Part shown: positions 27,480 through 40,835 of the stretch, piece after piece
Layout of the letters: every line of letters starts with the position of its first letter
Position numbering within the stretch: the first letter of the stretch is position 1
NCBI GenBank assembly: GCA_951406725.2
Contig: OX597822.1
Span: 82,894,001 to 82,958,000 of the forward strand
Reading direction: 5' to 3'
Length of the DNA stretch: 64,000 bases
DNA from: Octopus vulgaris
Lineage: Eukaryota
Notes under the pieces: model-generated
Databases searched by the model: none
Seen by the model: only the letters and a program-made list of their open reading frames with translations
What the model was told of the DNA's origin: nothing
Made by a program: the position numbers and the translations under genes

Positions 27480-28060
27480 TCAGCAAATACTCTAAACACC
27501 ACTTGAGAAGGATGTTGAGTATGGCCTGAGTGAATGGTCTTACAAGATGGCTAAAAAGTGGAACAGGATGAATAGCCATTGTTTATGAACCATCAAATGT
27601 TTATTGTTAAAAGATTGTTTTGGACACAGCGGTCCAAAGAGGAACGACAGAGTAATGATGGACAATTCTGTTCATCGTGATTACGAGTGTGTATTCACAA
27701 GAACATTCTTGTGAAAGTGGTGAGCGTGCCAGTTTTAATGGAGACAGTTCCTCTCACAGTTAACCATTTTAACAGAATTAACCGTAGAGACTTTGTCCCA
27801 AGCAAAATTTTGCCGTGCTTCGCTGTTCACACAGCTTAGCTTGTGATTTTTATACTGTTTCGGTTCTTAGAATGCTCTCGTTTTGTACGCTTCATAACAA
27901 ATCTGATTTGGCGGATCCGTAGAGACTCCACCACTCGAAAACCCAGGTGTTGTTTAAATATTACTTTATAAATTACAATTTTGCAGACGTTGTTACTCCA
28001 TTTACCAAAATTACTGCTGTTGTTTATAAATAATTTTCTGATCGGAAACAAGTTCTGGGA
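27480..28060 (+). mobile_element. Possible second degraded hAT transposase relic
   Basis: CIHKNILVKVVSVPVLMETVPLTVNHFNRINRRDF resembles HCIIHQENL..VM..V...VNFI..LNHRQF. Confidence 0.4.
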
Positions 28061-28132
28061 ACAAAATACGGATCTGCATCCATTAGCTGACTAAACAAAA
28101 ACAGAAAGTTTACATAAGGGAGAGGTGTTTGC

Positions 28133-28201
<69 letters not shown>

Positions 28202-28919
28202 TATAGATAGATAGAGAGAGAAAGTGAGGGAGTGAGAGAGAGAGCCTTCTCAGTTGTGCTTGCAGAGAGATGCTGAAGGTCAACATCTTGAGAAAATTAG
28301 ACGTAAAAATAAAGGAAAAAACAAAACAAATCAACCAAACTTATATGTTATAAGTGTCAAATGAGTTGAGAAGAAAGAGAGACGCAATATGAAGGGTGCT
28401 GTTATTGCTGTTGTTGTTGGGTGTGGGTGGTGGATCGACAGAATCGTTCGAGAGTCGGAAAATGCAGTGATGTTTCTTCTGACTCTTCAAATCCTTCTGG
28501 GGTCAAATATGTTACAGCACCAGTAACTCCCGTCTTTTTTCATTGTGGGTTGAAATCTAGTCCCTTATACACCCGCCGTCGATAAAATAAAGCACCAGTC
28601 AATTACTAGGATCGATTTAATCAAATAACTCCTCCCAAAATTTTCGGTCTTAGGTCTTAATTAGAAATTATTATTGATCAATTAATAAAATATAACACAG
28701 AAGGACAAGGAAACGGGGAAGAGGAAAAACATACAATGGACCTTGACACGCTCAGTCCCTCGTCAGTTACTGACCAAAAATCCTCACAATTTCGATACCT
28801 TCAATCAGTTGTCTTATTTGGATTAAATACTTCCACTGCACTACTTTGGTGCCTTGAGTATATCCAGAAATCTTGTTTTGGTTTTGTATTTTCAAGTGTA
28901 TTGAAAATGCTTCACGTTA

Positions 28920-29779
28920 CGAGGTCTGATCAATAAGTATCCGTACTGTTGCCATAGTAACAAAGCTAAAGCACAGAGTAAAACTGCTTGGCAAAGATTG
29001 ACCTTGTTCTCTGTTGTGCTTGCGCACTAAGTTTTAACGTTCTAGTTTACTTCCGCTGTTTCCAGCAGTGCTTGGAAGGAAGTGTGTGATCGTTGCATTG
29101 ACCATGACAGAGAAAGTTGTCATAGTGATACCTGTTCAGAGGCTTACACAAAGTTGCAGAAAGTGAGTCGCACGCAAGTGTACGAATGGCTCAGACGTTT
29201 CCGAGATGGCCCAAAAAATGTCGATGGTGATGAACGTCCTGGGAGGCCCGTAACGAGCAGAAATGAAAAAAACATCGCAGATGTGCGTGCAGCTGTAAGG
29301 GAAAATTATCGAATCACCATCCGTGGTTTATCAGAGGATAAGCAGATTAGTTACGGTTCAGTTCAGTCCATTATCACTGAAGATTTGGGTACGAGATGTT
29401 TGTCTGCCAAGTTTCTGCCAAAACTGCTTTCAGCTGACCAAAAAACACTCGGGTTTCGGTTACACAAGATCTCCTTGATTGTGTCGAGAATGATGAAAAC
29501 TTTTTGAAAATTTTGCGTAGGCTTCTGAGCAGGTATCACCAAGCTTTTGGCAAAATTTGATGCAAATTCTCTGCTCAACTTTCTCTTTCATGGTCAATAC
29601 AACGATCACACGCTACACACCTTCCTTCCAAGCACTGCTGTGAACAGCTGAAGTAAGCTAGAACGTTAGAACTTAGTGCACATACATAACAGAGTTGAAG
29701 GTCAATCTGTGCCAAGCGGTTTTACTCTCCGTACTTCGTTACTATGGCAACAGTCCGGATACTTATTGATCAGACCACG
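28920..29779. mobile_element. Non-autonomous mariner built from two convergent 5' ends
   Basis: TA flanks; ~250-bp inverted repeats; + strand HTH fragment VSRTQVYEWLRRFRDG..DDERPGRP-like..SAKFLPKLL; minus strand MKEKVEQRICIKFCQKLGDTCSEAY. Confidence 0.9.
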
Positions 29780-30049
29780 TACGTGTGTAGTGTCTTACAG
29801 TATTATTTTTTTCATATGTTATTCATATTCACAAGTTGTGAGGTCTGAGTAACATATTTATCTGTATGTCCTATAATTATTCCTAAGACTCCTATTATTA
29901 TAGTTTAAGGATTGCTTCAGTTTGCAGTACTTTTATTCTGTTTGTCCCTAAAAACCCCACGTTTATATTTTGCAAATATTTTTATTTTAGCTTTCCATGT
30001 GAATATTTACGAATACTTTTCAAGTTACAAAAGACTCACATGTCCCTAT

Positions 30050-30930
30050 ATTCGTCATAAACATAGTTTTTTCTACATCACGTGTTGAGTGGTGTGTTCT
30101 AAATCTAACCATTGCTATTGTTTCTCTTCGTTGCCAATTTATATAGCGTCCATTGATAGCTAAAACTTATTACTAAGACGACTAAACCATTGAGGCCTGT
30201 TTCTTCTTTTCGCTTTTTGCATTTAATTGTTTTAGGTATTAAACTAATGCGTTTATAATATTATATTTCTTCTTAAGATTTATTTGCTTCTCACTCTGTT
30301 CTACTTTGTCTAGCTTATTGGATCCTAAGTATTTTTAAGTATGTGTTTAGTATAATTCTCCTGTTTCTCTTTCTCTATTTATCAAGATATTTGCGTTCTT
30401 AATTATTCTTCTCTCTCTCATGAAGGTTTCCTTAGTGCACTTTGTTAATCCAAATTTCATATCAATTTCTTTGATAAACCCGTTCAGTGTCTGCTGCAAC
30501 GTTTCTAATTCTTCATTGTCATCAGCACTTAACTCGAGGTCACCTTTTACCGTCTGCATCCGAGTATATGTTTATCGAAGTTGTTAGCGCCAATTGGAGG
30601 AGCGAAGAGAGGGTCTCCCTTTCGAATAACCTACTCATGATTTTAGGGTTAATTTTTACAAATGCCCACAATTTTGGGCATTTGAATAATTGCCATTAAT
30701 ATATGATATGTTTAATGCATTTACTTATCATCGGCGCTGTCCTACACATGGTTAATACTTATATGGTCCACATAAAGGGAACACTGTCAAATGCCTTCAG
30801 GTGGTTTATCTCAACCCTTCTCTCACCGTTTTTTTTTTCAGTCTTTGGTTATGGCTTCATTGATCTTTGCATTCATGTGACCCTTTGCAACATATCCGCT
30901 ACTCTTCTGCTAGTGACAGGAACGAGGGAG
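30050..30930 (-). mobile_element. Degraded R4/Dong-like non-LTR RT fragment
   Basis: Minus-strand KAFDSVP, IDMKFGLTKC (cf. DIGMEFGLDKC) and KYLG remnants in the expected order. Confidence 0.65.
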
Positions 30931-30999
30931 TATTGAAAGCAGAGAAAAAAAATAATAATGATAACGCTAAGCATTATTATTATTATTATTATTATTATT

Positions 31000-31553
31000 A
31001 AATGGGAGAGCAGTGCATGCAATCAAAGTGACACTGGGGTAAAATATACGAAGCCCAGCATACCCAACATGACTACCCGTCTGATAAGGGTACACCAAGC
31101 ACATGCATCACAGCCATATGTGCGCGATATGGTGATCTCATATCAAGATAAACAGCGCATGACCTTGCAGGTGGGGCCCAGTTAGAATTTTCTTCTGGTT
31201 GAGTAGCCCATCCCGCTCAAAAGGTCCCTGAATAAGGATTGTTTAAGGAGGTTGAACGAACCACCCATGTTTCCAAAGGTGAATTATCCAAACTTCTAAG
31301 AATTCCTTTAAACACACGGCTATGATGCTTCCCCACTACTTCTGCTCGTGATCAGAGATGCACATATCGTTTGCCACTAAGGGACATGGTCAACTGGTTA
31401 AGGTCAAACAACTGACAAGCAAATCTGTGGTATTGAGCAGAATATTTGCTGTAGCCCATCTTTTATACCAAGACAAAACAATGTACATGATAACACTTCC
31501 AATCGGTTAAGATCAGCAGCCATGAGAGCCACTGCCTGGTACTGCATCAGGGC
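31000..31553 (-). mobile_element. Non-autonomous element bounded by (TAA)n on both sides
   Basis: (ATT)n tracts at both ends; partial homologous copy in opposite orientation at ~38850-39145, also ending in aataatgataat. Confidence 0.65.
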
Positions 31554-31569
31554 ATTATTATTATTATGA

Positions 31570-31790
31570 AGGTGGCGAGCTGGCAGAATCGTTAGCACGC
31601 TGGGCGAAATGCTTATCGGTATTTTGCCCGTCGCTACGTTCTGAGTTCAAATTCCGCCGAGGTCAACTTTGCCTTTCAACCTTTCAAGGTTGATAAATTA
31701 AGTACCAGTGAAACACTGGAGTCGATGTAATCGACTTCTACCTCACCAAAATTTTATGCCTTGGGCCTATAGTAGAAGAGATTATTATTA
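31570..31790 (+). mobile_element. Meta/MESC-type SINE copy
   Basis: ggtggcgagctggcagaatcgttagcac...gattattattat. Confidence 0.85.
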
Positions 31791-31799
31791 TTTCACATT

Positions 31800-31831
<32 letters not shown>

Positions 31832-33329
31832 AAGAGAGAAGCTGCTTATATGTCTGCTTTCGTTGATGGATTTAACTTCATTACAATATCATTATGTATG
31901 TGTGAGTGTGTGTATAAATGTTTTTTTCAGTAGAGGAAATCCAAGAATCGAAACGCTGTTCCTTAATGTTACATGGCACCAGATACTATAATTTTCTCAA
32001 ACGATATTTTAATGTTAAATTGTTCAAATTTCAAATCCGAAACGATCCGTTCTGGATCCAAATTTAAGGTTTCGTATTTGCCGTTGGAAAACAATTTTTG
32101 CCGAACGAATACAAAGCATTCCATATTTTATGTGCAAATGTATAAACTATTGTAATTTTTATTGCGAACGAGATGGGATTCTGCCATTTCAAGAAAGCAA
32201 TATCAAGCTGAACTTTGATAAATTGAAGTGGTTTCAATTTATGAAAACAAAACAAAAACTACTGAAAATGTTCTAGATATTATTCTGTTATCTCCATTGA
32301 ATTATGTGTGCATCCTACGAACCGTTTGAATTAATTGACTGAAAATGATAGAAAACAAAGAAAGCACGAATAAAAGAGGATTTTAAAGAAATGTCTCTTA
32401 TTTACACCTCAAATCTTGCTACAGCAAAATTCAATAATTTCTTGAAACGAGAGAAACAAGCAATTCACAAAAGTCATTATTAAAATGACAGTTTCTTACG
32501 TTCGAGAGATTCTATAGAGATTTGGTGTCTCTCTATTCTAGAATATATTTTGGGATCCACAGAAATTCAACAATGAAAAACAGAAAAGAATCCAGCGAAA
32601 GCTTTAGAATCTGGAATATTAATTTTTCTTGATTATTTAAGTTAATCCTTTCCTGGTTCTCTGTAGTCGTTTGATATTCTAGGACATCGCTCTGGGTTTT
32701 TTTTTTGGAAGCAGGTTCCGTTTTTGTGATTTTAGGATTCTGAATGTCAATTTGATTACTCAAGCTAATCCTTTCAAAGCCCTCCGTTTTCCTTTGATCT
32801 ATTCGGATATTATTTTGGGAATTTTTGAAAGAAAGTAGGTAGTTCCATCTTCGTGATGTGGAGTGAGCGGTGAGATATTTTCTTGGGTAAAAACACTGGC
32901 TAAATACCGGTAACAGTTCCATATAATGATTCATTTTTCAGGTAGATTGAAATAAAGTATTCTTTCAAAATAACCCCTTTATGTCAGTTTGCGTGCGTGC
33001 GTGCGTGCGTGTGTGTGTGTGTAGGCGTTCTATTCGCTTTCAGTAAACTCAAGGCAAATCAATGCAAATTTCCTCTGAAATCTCCAAATATTCACAAGCA
33101 TTGTTTCATGTGGAGATTTCTGCAATTGTTCCAGCGAACCATTGGACACGTTGATAATCGTCTCCATATGCATACATAGACACCCACACATACATACATA
33201 CACCCACACACACATACATACATACACCCACACACATACATACATACATACATCCACCCACACATACATACATACACCCACACACATACATACATACATA
33301 CACCCACTCATACACACACACACATACAC

Positions 33330-33396
<67 letters not shown>

Positions 33397-33479
33397 TACA
33401 TACATACATACTATGAATTCAATATAAAATCATCGTCTGACAAATATTTCAGGTAAAACTGACGCTCACACAAGGTTAT

Positions 33480-33690
33480 TCGTTACAGAAATCAATGGTT
33501 ACTTCCGTGGATAACATCCATTTAACTGATTTGGTTCCATAGCCCTGTATCTTTGTGGTTAAACCTTTATCGCACTCCCTGAAATGCCTTCTCGCATCCC
33601 TGGCTGGGAACCCCTGACATTGAAGCCTCCTCGTTCGTTTGAAAACCCTTCGTTTTCATGGCCGAAGGAAATGGTAGGATCCGATGTTTA
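33480..33690 (-). mobile_element. Possible mariner transposase 3' relic
   Basis: Minus strand reads tcggatcctaccatttccttcgg (SDYHLFR-like) followed by a degenerate C-terminal region. Confidence 0.35.
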
Positions 33691-33709
33691 TTTTTTATCT
33701 CTTATTTAT

Positions 33710-34030
33710 TTCAGTTATTAGACTGCGGTCATACTGGGGCACCACCTTGAATGATTTTAGTCGAACGTATCGAACCCCAGGACTTTTTTCTTTAAAGCCT
33801 GGTACTTATTCCATTGGTCTTCTTTTGCACAACCACTAAATTATGGGGACATAAACACACCAACACCGGTTGTCAAGCCTCTTCAGTTTCCGTCTACTAA
33901 ATCCACTGTCAAGGTCTTGGCGGTCCAAGGTTAGAGTAGAAGACACTTGTCAAAAGTACAACGAGTGGAACTGAACCCGGAACCATGTGGTTGAGAAGCA
34001 AGCTTCTTACCGCACAGCCACTTCTGCGCC
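33710..34030 (-). mobile_element. tRNA-derived SINE (second family), internally deleted
   Basis: Homology to 45550-45947. Confidence 0.75.
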
Positions 34031-34233
34031 TGTTCTTTCTCAAAGAGTATTATCGGTGGAAGAGAAATCAATAAAACTCGAAACCGTGTCTTAGAATTGG
34101 CATGCCGAGAGTTAACACAGATATGATATTCCCGACAGGGTGAAAGAAGCATTTTTGCCATCTAAAAACGAGCAACAACTTTTCTGTTGTTTACGTCATA
34201 AAAACTGAGAAACTCGAAGGAAGTAAAAGTATA

Positions 34234-34670
34234 AATAATCACAGGTAAATATTAGGATCAGAGGCAATAATTACAGGTAAATATTGGAATCAGAGGCCAA
34301 TAATCACAGGTAAATATTGGGATCAGAGACCAATAATCACAGGTAAATATTAGAATCAGAGACCAATAATCACAGGTAAATATTAGAATCAGAGGCAAAT
34401 AATCACAGGTAAATATTGGAATCAGAGGCAAATAATCACAGGCAAATATTGGGATCAGAGACCAATAATCACAGGTAAATATTAGAATCAGAGGCAAATA
34501 ATCACAGGTAAATATTGGGATCAGAGGCCAATAATCACAGGTAAATATTGGGATCAGAGGCCAATAATCACAGGTAAATATTGGGATCACAGGTAAATAT
34601 TGAGATCAGCGGTAAATAATCACAAGTAAATATTGAAATCAGAGGTAAATAATCACAGGTAAATATTGGT
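34234..34670. repeat. 33-bp minisatellite, ~13 copies
   Basis: Unit taatcacaggtaaatattgggatcagaggccaa in direct tandem without spacers. Confidence 0.95.
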
Positions 34671-34904
34671 ATAAAAACACTTGGGTGGAACAAGGTGAAA
34701 GCTTACCCGAAGGGTCTCGAACCCAGATCTCCCGTAAACATGACCGATGTACTACCAGCAATCCTTCGAATCCCTCTTTCCATTTTAGAGGCTTTGTCCT
34801 TACCAGTGAGAACTGCATCTTGTGTACACAAACAACCCTCATCTTTTTCCATCCAATGTTTTTTTAGCCCATGTTGATAGCTTTATTTACTTCTAGTTCC
34901 GTGA

Positions 34905-35195
34905 AGGCGCATGGCTTAGTGGTTAGTGTATTTTGGTTCGCGATCGTAAGGCCATGAGTTCGATTCCCGGCAGTGCGACGTGTCCTTGAGTAAGACATTT
35001 TATTTCACGTTGTTGTAGTTCACGCAGCTGGCAAAAAAAAAAAAATGAGTTGTTCCTATAATTCAAAGGTCCAGCCTTGTTACGTCGAATTTCCCTGGGA
35101 ACTCTGTTTGGGGTATGCGTGTCTGAAGAGTACTCAGCCACCTACATGTTAATTTCACGTGCAAGCTGTTCTGGTGATCGGATCCACTGGAATCT
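34905..35195 (+). mobile_element. tRNA-derived SINE (third family)
   Basis: ggcgcatggcttagtggttag (A box), gagttcgattccc (B box), then tgtccttgagtaagacattttatttcacg; related copies at ~11590 and ~57575. Confidence 0.75.
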
Positions 35196-35534
35196 AAGTT
35201 TAGTTTAGTTAAATTTACTTCTAGTTCCACAGTCAAAACAATTTATTTCTCGTTCTTTCGAGGTTTATAAATTCTCACGACGTAAACAACGCACAATTTT
35301 CGCTGGTAAGAACAAGACTTCTGAAATGGATGGGAAATCTCGAAGGATTTCTTTGGTACAATGGCAGAACGTCTGTCATGTTCTATTCATTTTCATTTAT
35401 TTTGCGAGGTGTCTAACATTTTATGACGTCACCACGACCTGACACAATTCCTCTGCCACCTGTTTGGCACTTAACCAACGGTGAGTTTTAGAGGCCTTGA
35501 GTGAATACCTCGTCTTCGCTTGCTCTTTTTTTTT

Positions 35535-35940
35535 TACTCTTTTACTTGTTTCAGTCATTTGACTGTGGCCATGCTGGATCACCGCCTTTAGTCGAGCAAA
35601 TCGACCCCAGGACTTATTCTTTGTAAGCCTAGTACTTATTCTATCGGTCTCTTTTGCCGAACCGCTAATTTACGAATACGTAAACACACCAACACCGGTT
35701 GTCAAGCGGTGTTGGTGGGAAAAACACGAACATAAAGACGCGTGCACACACACACACACTCACACATATACATACGATGGACTTTTTTTTACAGTCTCCG
35801 TATTCCAAATTTGCTCCCAAGGCTTTGGTGGGTCCGAGGCTAGAGTAGAAGACACTTGCCCATGGCGCGATGCAGTGGGACTGAACCCGGAACCATATGG
35901 TTGGGAAGCAAGCTTCTTACCACACAGTCACACCTACGCC
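35535..35940 (-). mobile_element. tRNA-derived SINE (second family)
   Basis: Full-length reverse copy with internal (CA)n. Confidence 0.85.
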
Positions 35941-36465
35941 TACGATCACGTTTTGGACGCATTTGACAACAGGTATGCTCAGTTGGTACTAAACCGGTGT
36001 TCAACAGCAACAACAACAATTGCCATGGTTCCTAGGCATGGAAATTCCCCCGTTGCCTCGTATTTCCTTGTTCCAAGCGTTGTACTAGTAACGGCAATTT
36101 TGGCTCAATTTTAAAGCTCTGCGTCATGTACTCACAGTATAACAAAGCTAATTTACAGTTACTTGCTGCGTAAGAGAAATGTAATTGTTTAAAAGACCAC
36201 AAGCTTTGACAAACAATCAATTAATTTCGATAGTGAGAAGGAAAGCTACAAGACTTAAGCACAATCATCTTGTGATGCTAAAGGGCATTGACCGAATATA
36301 TATTACACATACAGAACGTAAGAACACTTTTGCGTAATGTCTTTACAGCGATTAAACTCTGTGCATCTATAAAAGTGTTTTTACCCCTTACCCCTCTCTC
36401 TTCCTATATAAATGCAGACACAATTACACTCACACACTCACATGTATACAAATGCCTCTTCCAAT

Positions 36466-38075
36466 CTAAAATCCACATTGTGATTCAGGATATACGTTGC
36501 TTACTACTAATATGATGCAGTGAAAGACCACTGTCGCAAGAATTTTTCTAGATACGCACAATAAATTTATTCCCCTGTGATTATCATATACGCTCTTCTT
36601 TCCCTTTGTATCTTTGGACTGTTGGGAACAGATCCAATTTCCCAAAGCAAACAATAATTTGCGCAGATTTCTTACATGCTGTTTACCACCGTGCTTGTAC
36701 ATTTCTATGGGAATACCGTTTTGTTTAAGAGCTTTACAATTGGAAAGTTTTTAATAGCAGTGTTTATCTCTTCCAAGGCAGGATCTTCTGCAAGTTCCTC
36801 AAGTATAGGCTTCTGAAGGATTTCATTGATTACTTCAGGATCGGTAGTGGATTCTTGATTGAATACGGATGTAAAATGATCAGCGCATCTTTTGAGAATT
36901 TGATCTTTGCAACTTAAATGTTTTGACCCATCATTAAAAAGAATAAGTTCCGCATTGACCTTTTTTTAACCAAATACGCCTTTCAAATTGTCATACAATG
37001 CTCTAAAGTTGTGGGACTTAGCAACCAGTTCCAATTCTTGTTTTTTTTTTATTTTGTCCACCAACAATTTTTCATCTCACGAAATTTTTTCTGATCTCTG
37101 AGTGATTGCGAGTTTTTGTTTGAGATCCATACCCTGCGTTTTTCCTGCATAGTTTGCAGGAGAGATTTGATTTGAGAATCATTCTCATCGAACCAATCTT
37201 GATGCTTGCATTTGACGACTCCTAGAACTTCTTCAACAGATGATTTGTTTTCTATATCCTCAGAGTTTGAATTTAGATGTGTTTCAAAATTTTTTATCGT
37301 TTCAGGATTTTTTAACGAAGATATTTATTCCAGGAGGAATATTGGATATTAATGTCTTCTCTGTACCTTGTTTAACAAAAACCTTACTGCGAACCATTCT
37401 GTGATTCGAGTAACACTCGGTAGTTTTGTGAGCTCTGGTTAATATTACACCAATGCAATCTTTTCCCTCAGTCATGACATAGCCAAGCATCTACTAGTTA
37501 CCAGATCGGGGATGTTTCCATGTGTTTTTATATTCATCTGCCTGATGAAACACTGTCTTTATAATTGTTAAACCAAACTGTCAACAGCAGTCGTAAATTA
37601 CTTGCATTCATCTTTTCTGTTCCTTGTTTTCCGATTACTTTTGACTACACTGTGTATTTGTTAACTACTCTGGCATTAAAACCGCCCATTAATACGACTT
37701 TGTCATGATACAGAATTTTATTGATAACTTTGCAATTTAGAGTAGAAAATGTCATGTTCTTGTTCAGATGCTGACAAAGTAGGTGCACAAACACGGAAAA
37801 TGTGCATAAATGAGAAATTACTTACATACGAAGGGTCATGAGACGCACATCAACAGCTTGTGGGGTGGATGGCAACTTACGAAGTAGAGTCATTTAATGG
37901 TTAATCCAGCATCATCACTTCTTGGCTCATCTGCTGGCATTTCACACCCAAATACCAATATCATACGAGTCGACGACCTTTGCAATTAATGCGGTTTTTC
38001 GTTCTGTTTTTGCTGTCTTGTAAAGTTCTTACATTCCAACAACTAAAGATTAACATGCTTCGCTTATTTTTATCT
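36466..38075 (-). mobile_element. Degraded RTE (BovB-like) LINE, endonuclease to start of RT
   Basis: Minus-strand SCWNVRT, TWKHPRS, SNHRMVRSK, DNHRGINLL..RKILA, PESQCGF. Confidence 0.85.
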
Positions 38076-38454
38076 CAACTGCAATAAACTGGCTGGCTCT
38101 CGTTATCAATTCAGTGAAGTATAACATCTATAAAACTTCTGACATCCAGAAACATAGACTGTGGAAAGAGTTTGAAAAATGAGACCCACTTGGTAAGTGG
38201 ATGTGAGAGCCTTGCACAAAAAGAATATAAGCGCCACAATAAAATGTGTATCTTAATTGGTTCTTATGCCGTAAATACCAATATGAAGTAACAGAGAACT
38301 GGTATAAGCATGTACCAAGTAAAGTTATGTAGGAGGATGGAAAAGTAACGATACTCTGGGACTACGATTTTCAGACGGACCGTAAACTGCAGGTAGCAAC
38401 CCAGCTACGCATGCAAGACTCCAGGAGTTCCAACAAAACTTGTGACAAAAAGAA

Positions 38455-38840
38455 AATCCTTTCTACTATAGGCACAGGGCCTGAAATTTGGGGGAAGAGG
38501 ACAGTCAATTACATCGATCTCAGTACTCAACTGGTACTTATTCATCAACCCCGAAAGGATGAAAAGCTGAGTTGACCTCTGCGGAGTTTGAATTGAGAAC
38601 GTAGCGTCAGACGAAATACCTATTTCTTTACTACCCACAAGGGGGAAAACACAGAGAGGACAAACAAGGACAGACAAACGGATTAAGTCGATTAAATCGA
38701 CCCCAGTGCGTAAATTTAATCGACCCCAAAAGGATGAAAGGAAATGTCGACCTTGGTGAAATTTGAACTCAGGCCGTAGCGACAGATGAAATACTGCTAA
38801 GCATTTCGCCCGGCGTGTTAACGATTCTGCCAGCTCACAT
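38455..38840 (-). mobile_element. Dimeric Meta/MESC-type SINE
   Basis: Two core domains joined by a gtttgtcctctctgtgtt..ccccttgtgggtagtaaagaaatagg linker, as at 61005-61410. Confidence 0.8.
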
Positions 38841-39149
38841 AATGCACTGTTTATCTTGATACGAAATCACCATGTCATGCACATATGATTGTGATGCAAC
38901 CCTTATTCAGAGACCTTTTGAGCGGGATGGGCTACTCGAGCTGAGGAAAATTTCAACTGGGCCCCACCTGCAAGGTCATGCGTTGTTTATCTTGATAAAC
39001 ACATCACCATGTCGCGCACATATTGTTGTGATGCATGTGTCTGGTGTACCCTTATCAGACAAGTAGTCATGCTGGGTATATTGGGCTTCGTATATTTCTA
39101 CTCCAGTGTCACTTTGATGGCATGCATTGCTCTCTCACTCAATAATGAT

Positions 39150-39650
39150 AATGTTTTCTTTATTAACCACAAAAGGATTTACAAAACCATTGGGAAAGAT
39201 ACAGGACAATACAATGTAAGGTTACACAAAAGAGCATGTAAAAAAGCATGACAGTAAAATATATTAAAAGAACAATTCCCCAAAAGAGGGGGAACCATAC
39301 AAAATCACGGTCTCCCTGACTACTGGAGCAAGTGCCCTCTCCTCATCGTCTTCCTTCAGTATAGAAGCGCATGCTTAAAATAGGTCCATTCACTCAGACC
39401 ACATTCACCTTCAACAAATTTCCAAGAAGACAGCACTTCCTTCTTCACCAATATTTTCATTTTCGAGTGGAACTTGAAAAAGCTGACGCGAGCTCGGCCA
39501 AAGAGGACTGTGTCCGTTTTCAGCACCTATCAGGTCCATCACACAACCTCTTTCGCTAAGGCCACAAGACATACAAATACCGCCTGTCTTTCTCGGTCAA
39601 AGGGAGGCGGCGTTATAATCTTCAGAATGGAAACCACCACCACTGGTATT
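39150..39650 (-). mobile_element. 3' end of an L1/Tx1-like LINE
   Basis: Minus-strand degenerate ORF end (AVFVCLVALAKEVV*WT..SFFKFH) followed by a T-rich UTR and AATAAA. Confidence 0.5.
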
Positions 39651-40252
39651 TCTGTTATTAACCAGCCTTCATTATTATACAACAAAACTATTACAGTACA
39701 AACTTTGTAAAGTAGCATTTAAAATTCTTTCATCGAGTTAAAATTTCCAAATAAAGCAAACTTTACTCATTGTTACACAGAGTAATTGAAATCTGTCTAA
39801 AAATACTTCTGTTATCAGCGACGTCACATTGAAGATAACAACACCCAGCGACAATACGAAGCTAAGATCCTGAGACGATAAATATGATTGAGAAGTTCAG
39901 TTCACTAACAAATATTGGTTTGGTTAGAAATTTATTGATTTTCCAGTCACACTTTCTCAGATTTAGTCTCAAAATTTGTCAGTTGTCTTTGAGCTGTCAA
40001 AAGGTCATCACTTAAAATTCTACACCAATCAACAAAGGCATTACAGGAAGGTTTTACGGAAGGAAATCTAAATAACATTCTTCTGACATTGGTTCCATAA
40101 TGTTACACAGATAAAGACAATTACGCGCACATATACACATGTATATATATATATATATATATATGGACACACACATATGCACTCAGAGACCCATGCATGC
40201 AATAATATATATGTGTATATATGCAGCTACATATGTATGAATGTACTCAAGC

Positions 40253-40285
<33 letters not shown>

Positions 40286-40479
40286 TGTATGTATGTATGT
40301 ATGTATGCATGCATGCATGCATGAGTGTGTATGTGTGCCTATGTACACAGGCATTATATACTAACAAAACACGTGGTGTCATCTCTCAGCCAAACGATTT
40401 CGCTCGTGCGGCATTAGTTTTGGCGGGAAAAAAATAAAGCCGGATACGTTTTGAACGCACTAAATATTCTTTCATTTCC

Positions 40480-40835
40480 TTTACTCTTATACTTGTTTCA
40501 GTCATTTGACTGCGGCCATGCTGGAGCATCACCTTTATGTCAGCAAGTCGACCCAGGACTTATTCTTTGAAAGCCTAGTACTTATTCTATCGGTCCTTTT
40601 TTGCCGAACCGCTAAGTTACGGGGACGTAAACACACCAGCATCGGTTGTCAAGCGATGTTGGGGGTGGGGACAAACACAGACACACACTCACATACACGA
40701 CGGGCTTCTTTCAGTTTCCGTCTACCAAATCCACTCACAAGGCTTTGGTCGGCCTGAGGCTATAGTAAATGACACCTGCCCAAGGTGCCACGCAGTGGGA
40801 CTGAACCCGAAACCATGTGGTTGGTAAGCAAGCTT
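40480..40835 (-). mobile_element. tRNA-derived SINE (second family)
   Basis: Homology to 45550-45947. Confidence 0.85.

Noticed and set aside
34234-34670. 33-bp repeats as a CRISPR array, or the IPIFTCDYWPL repeat protein
   Set aside because: Units are contiguous with no unique spacers, there are no cas genes and the context is eukaryotic; the ORF is a by-product of a unit length divisible by three.
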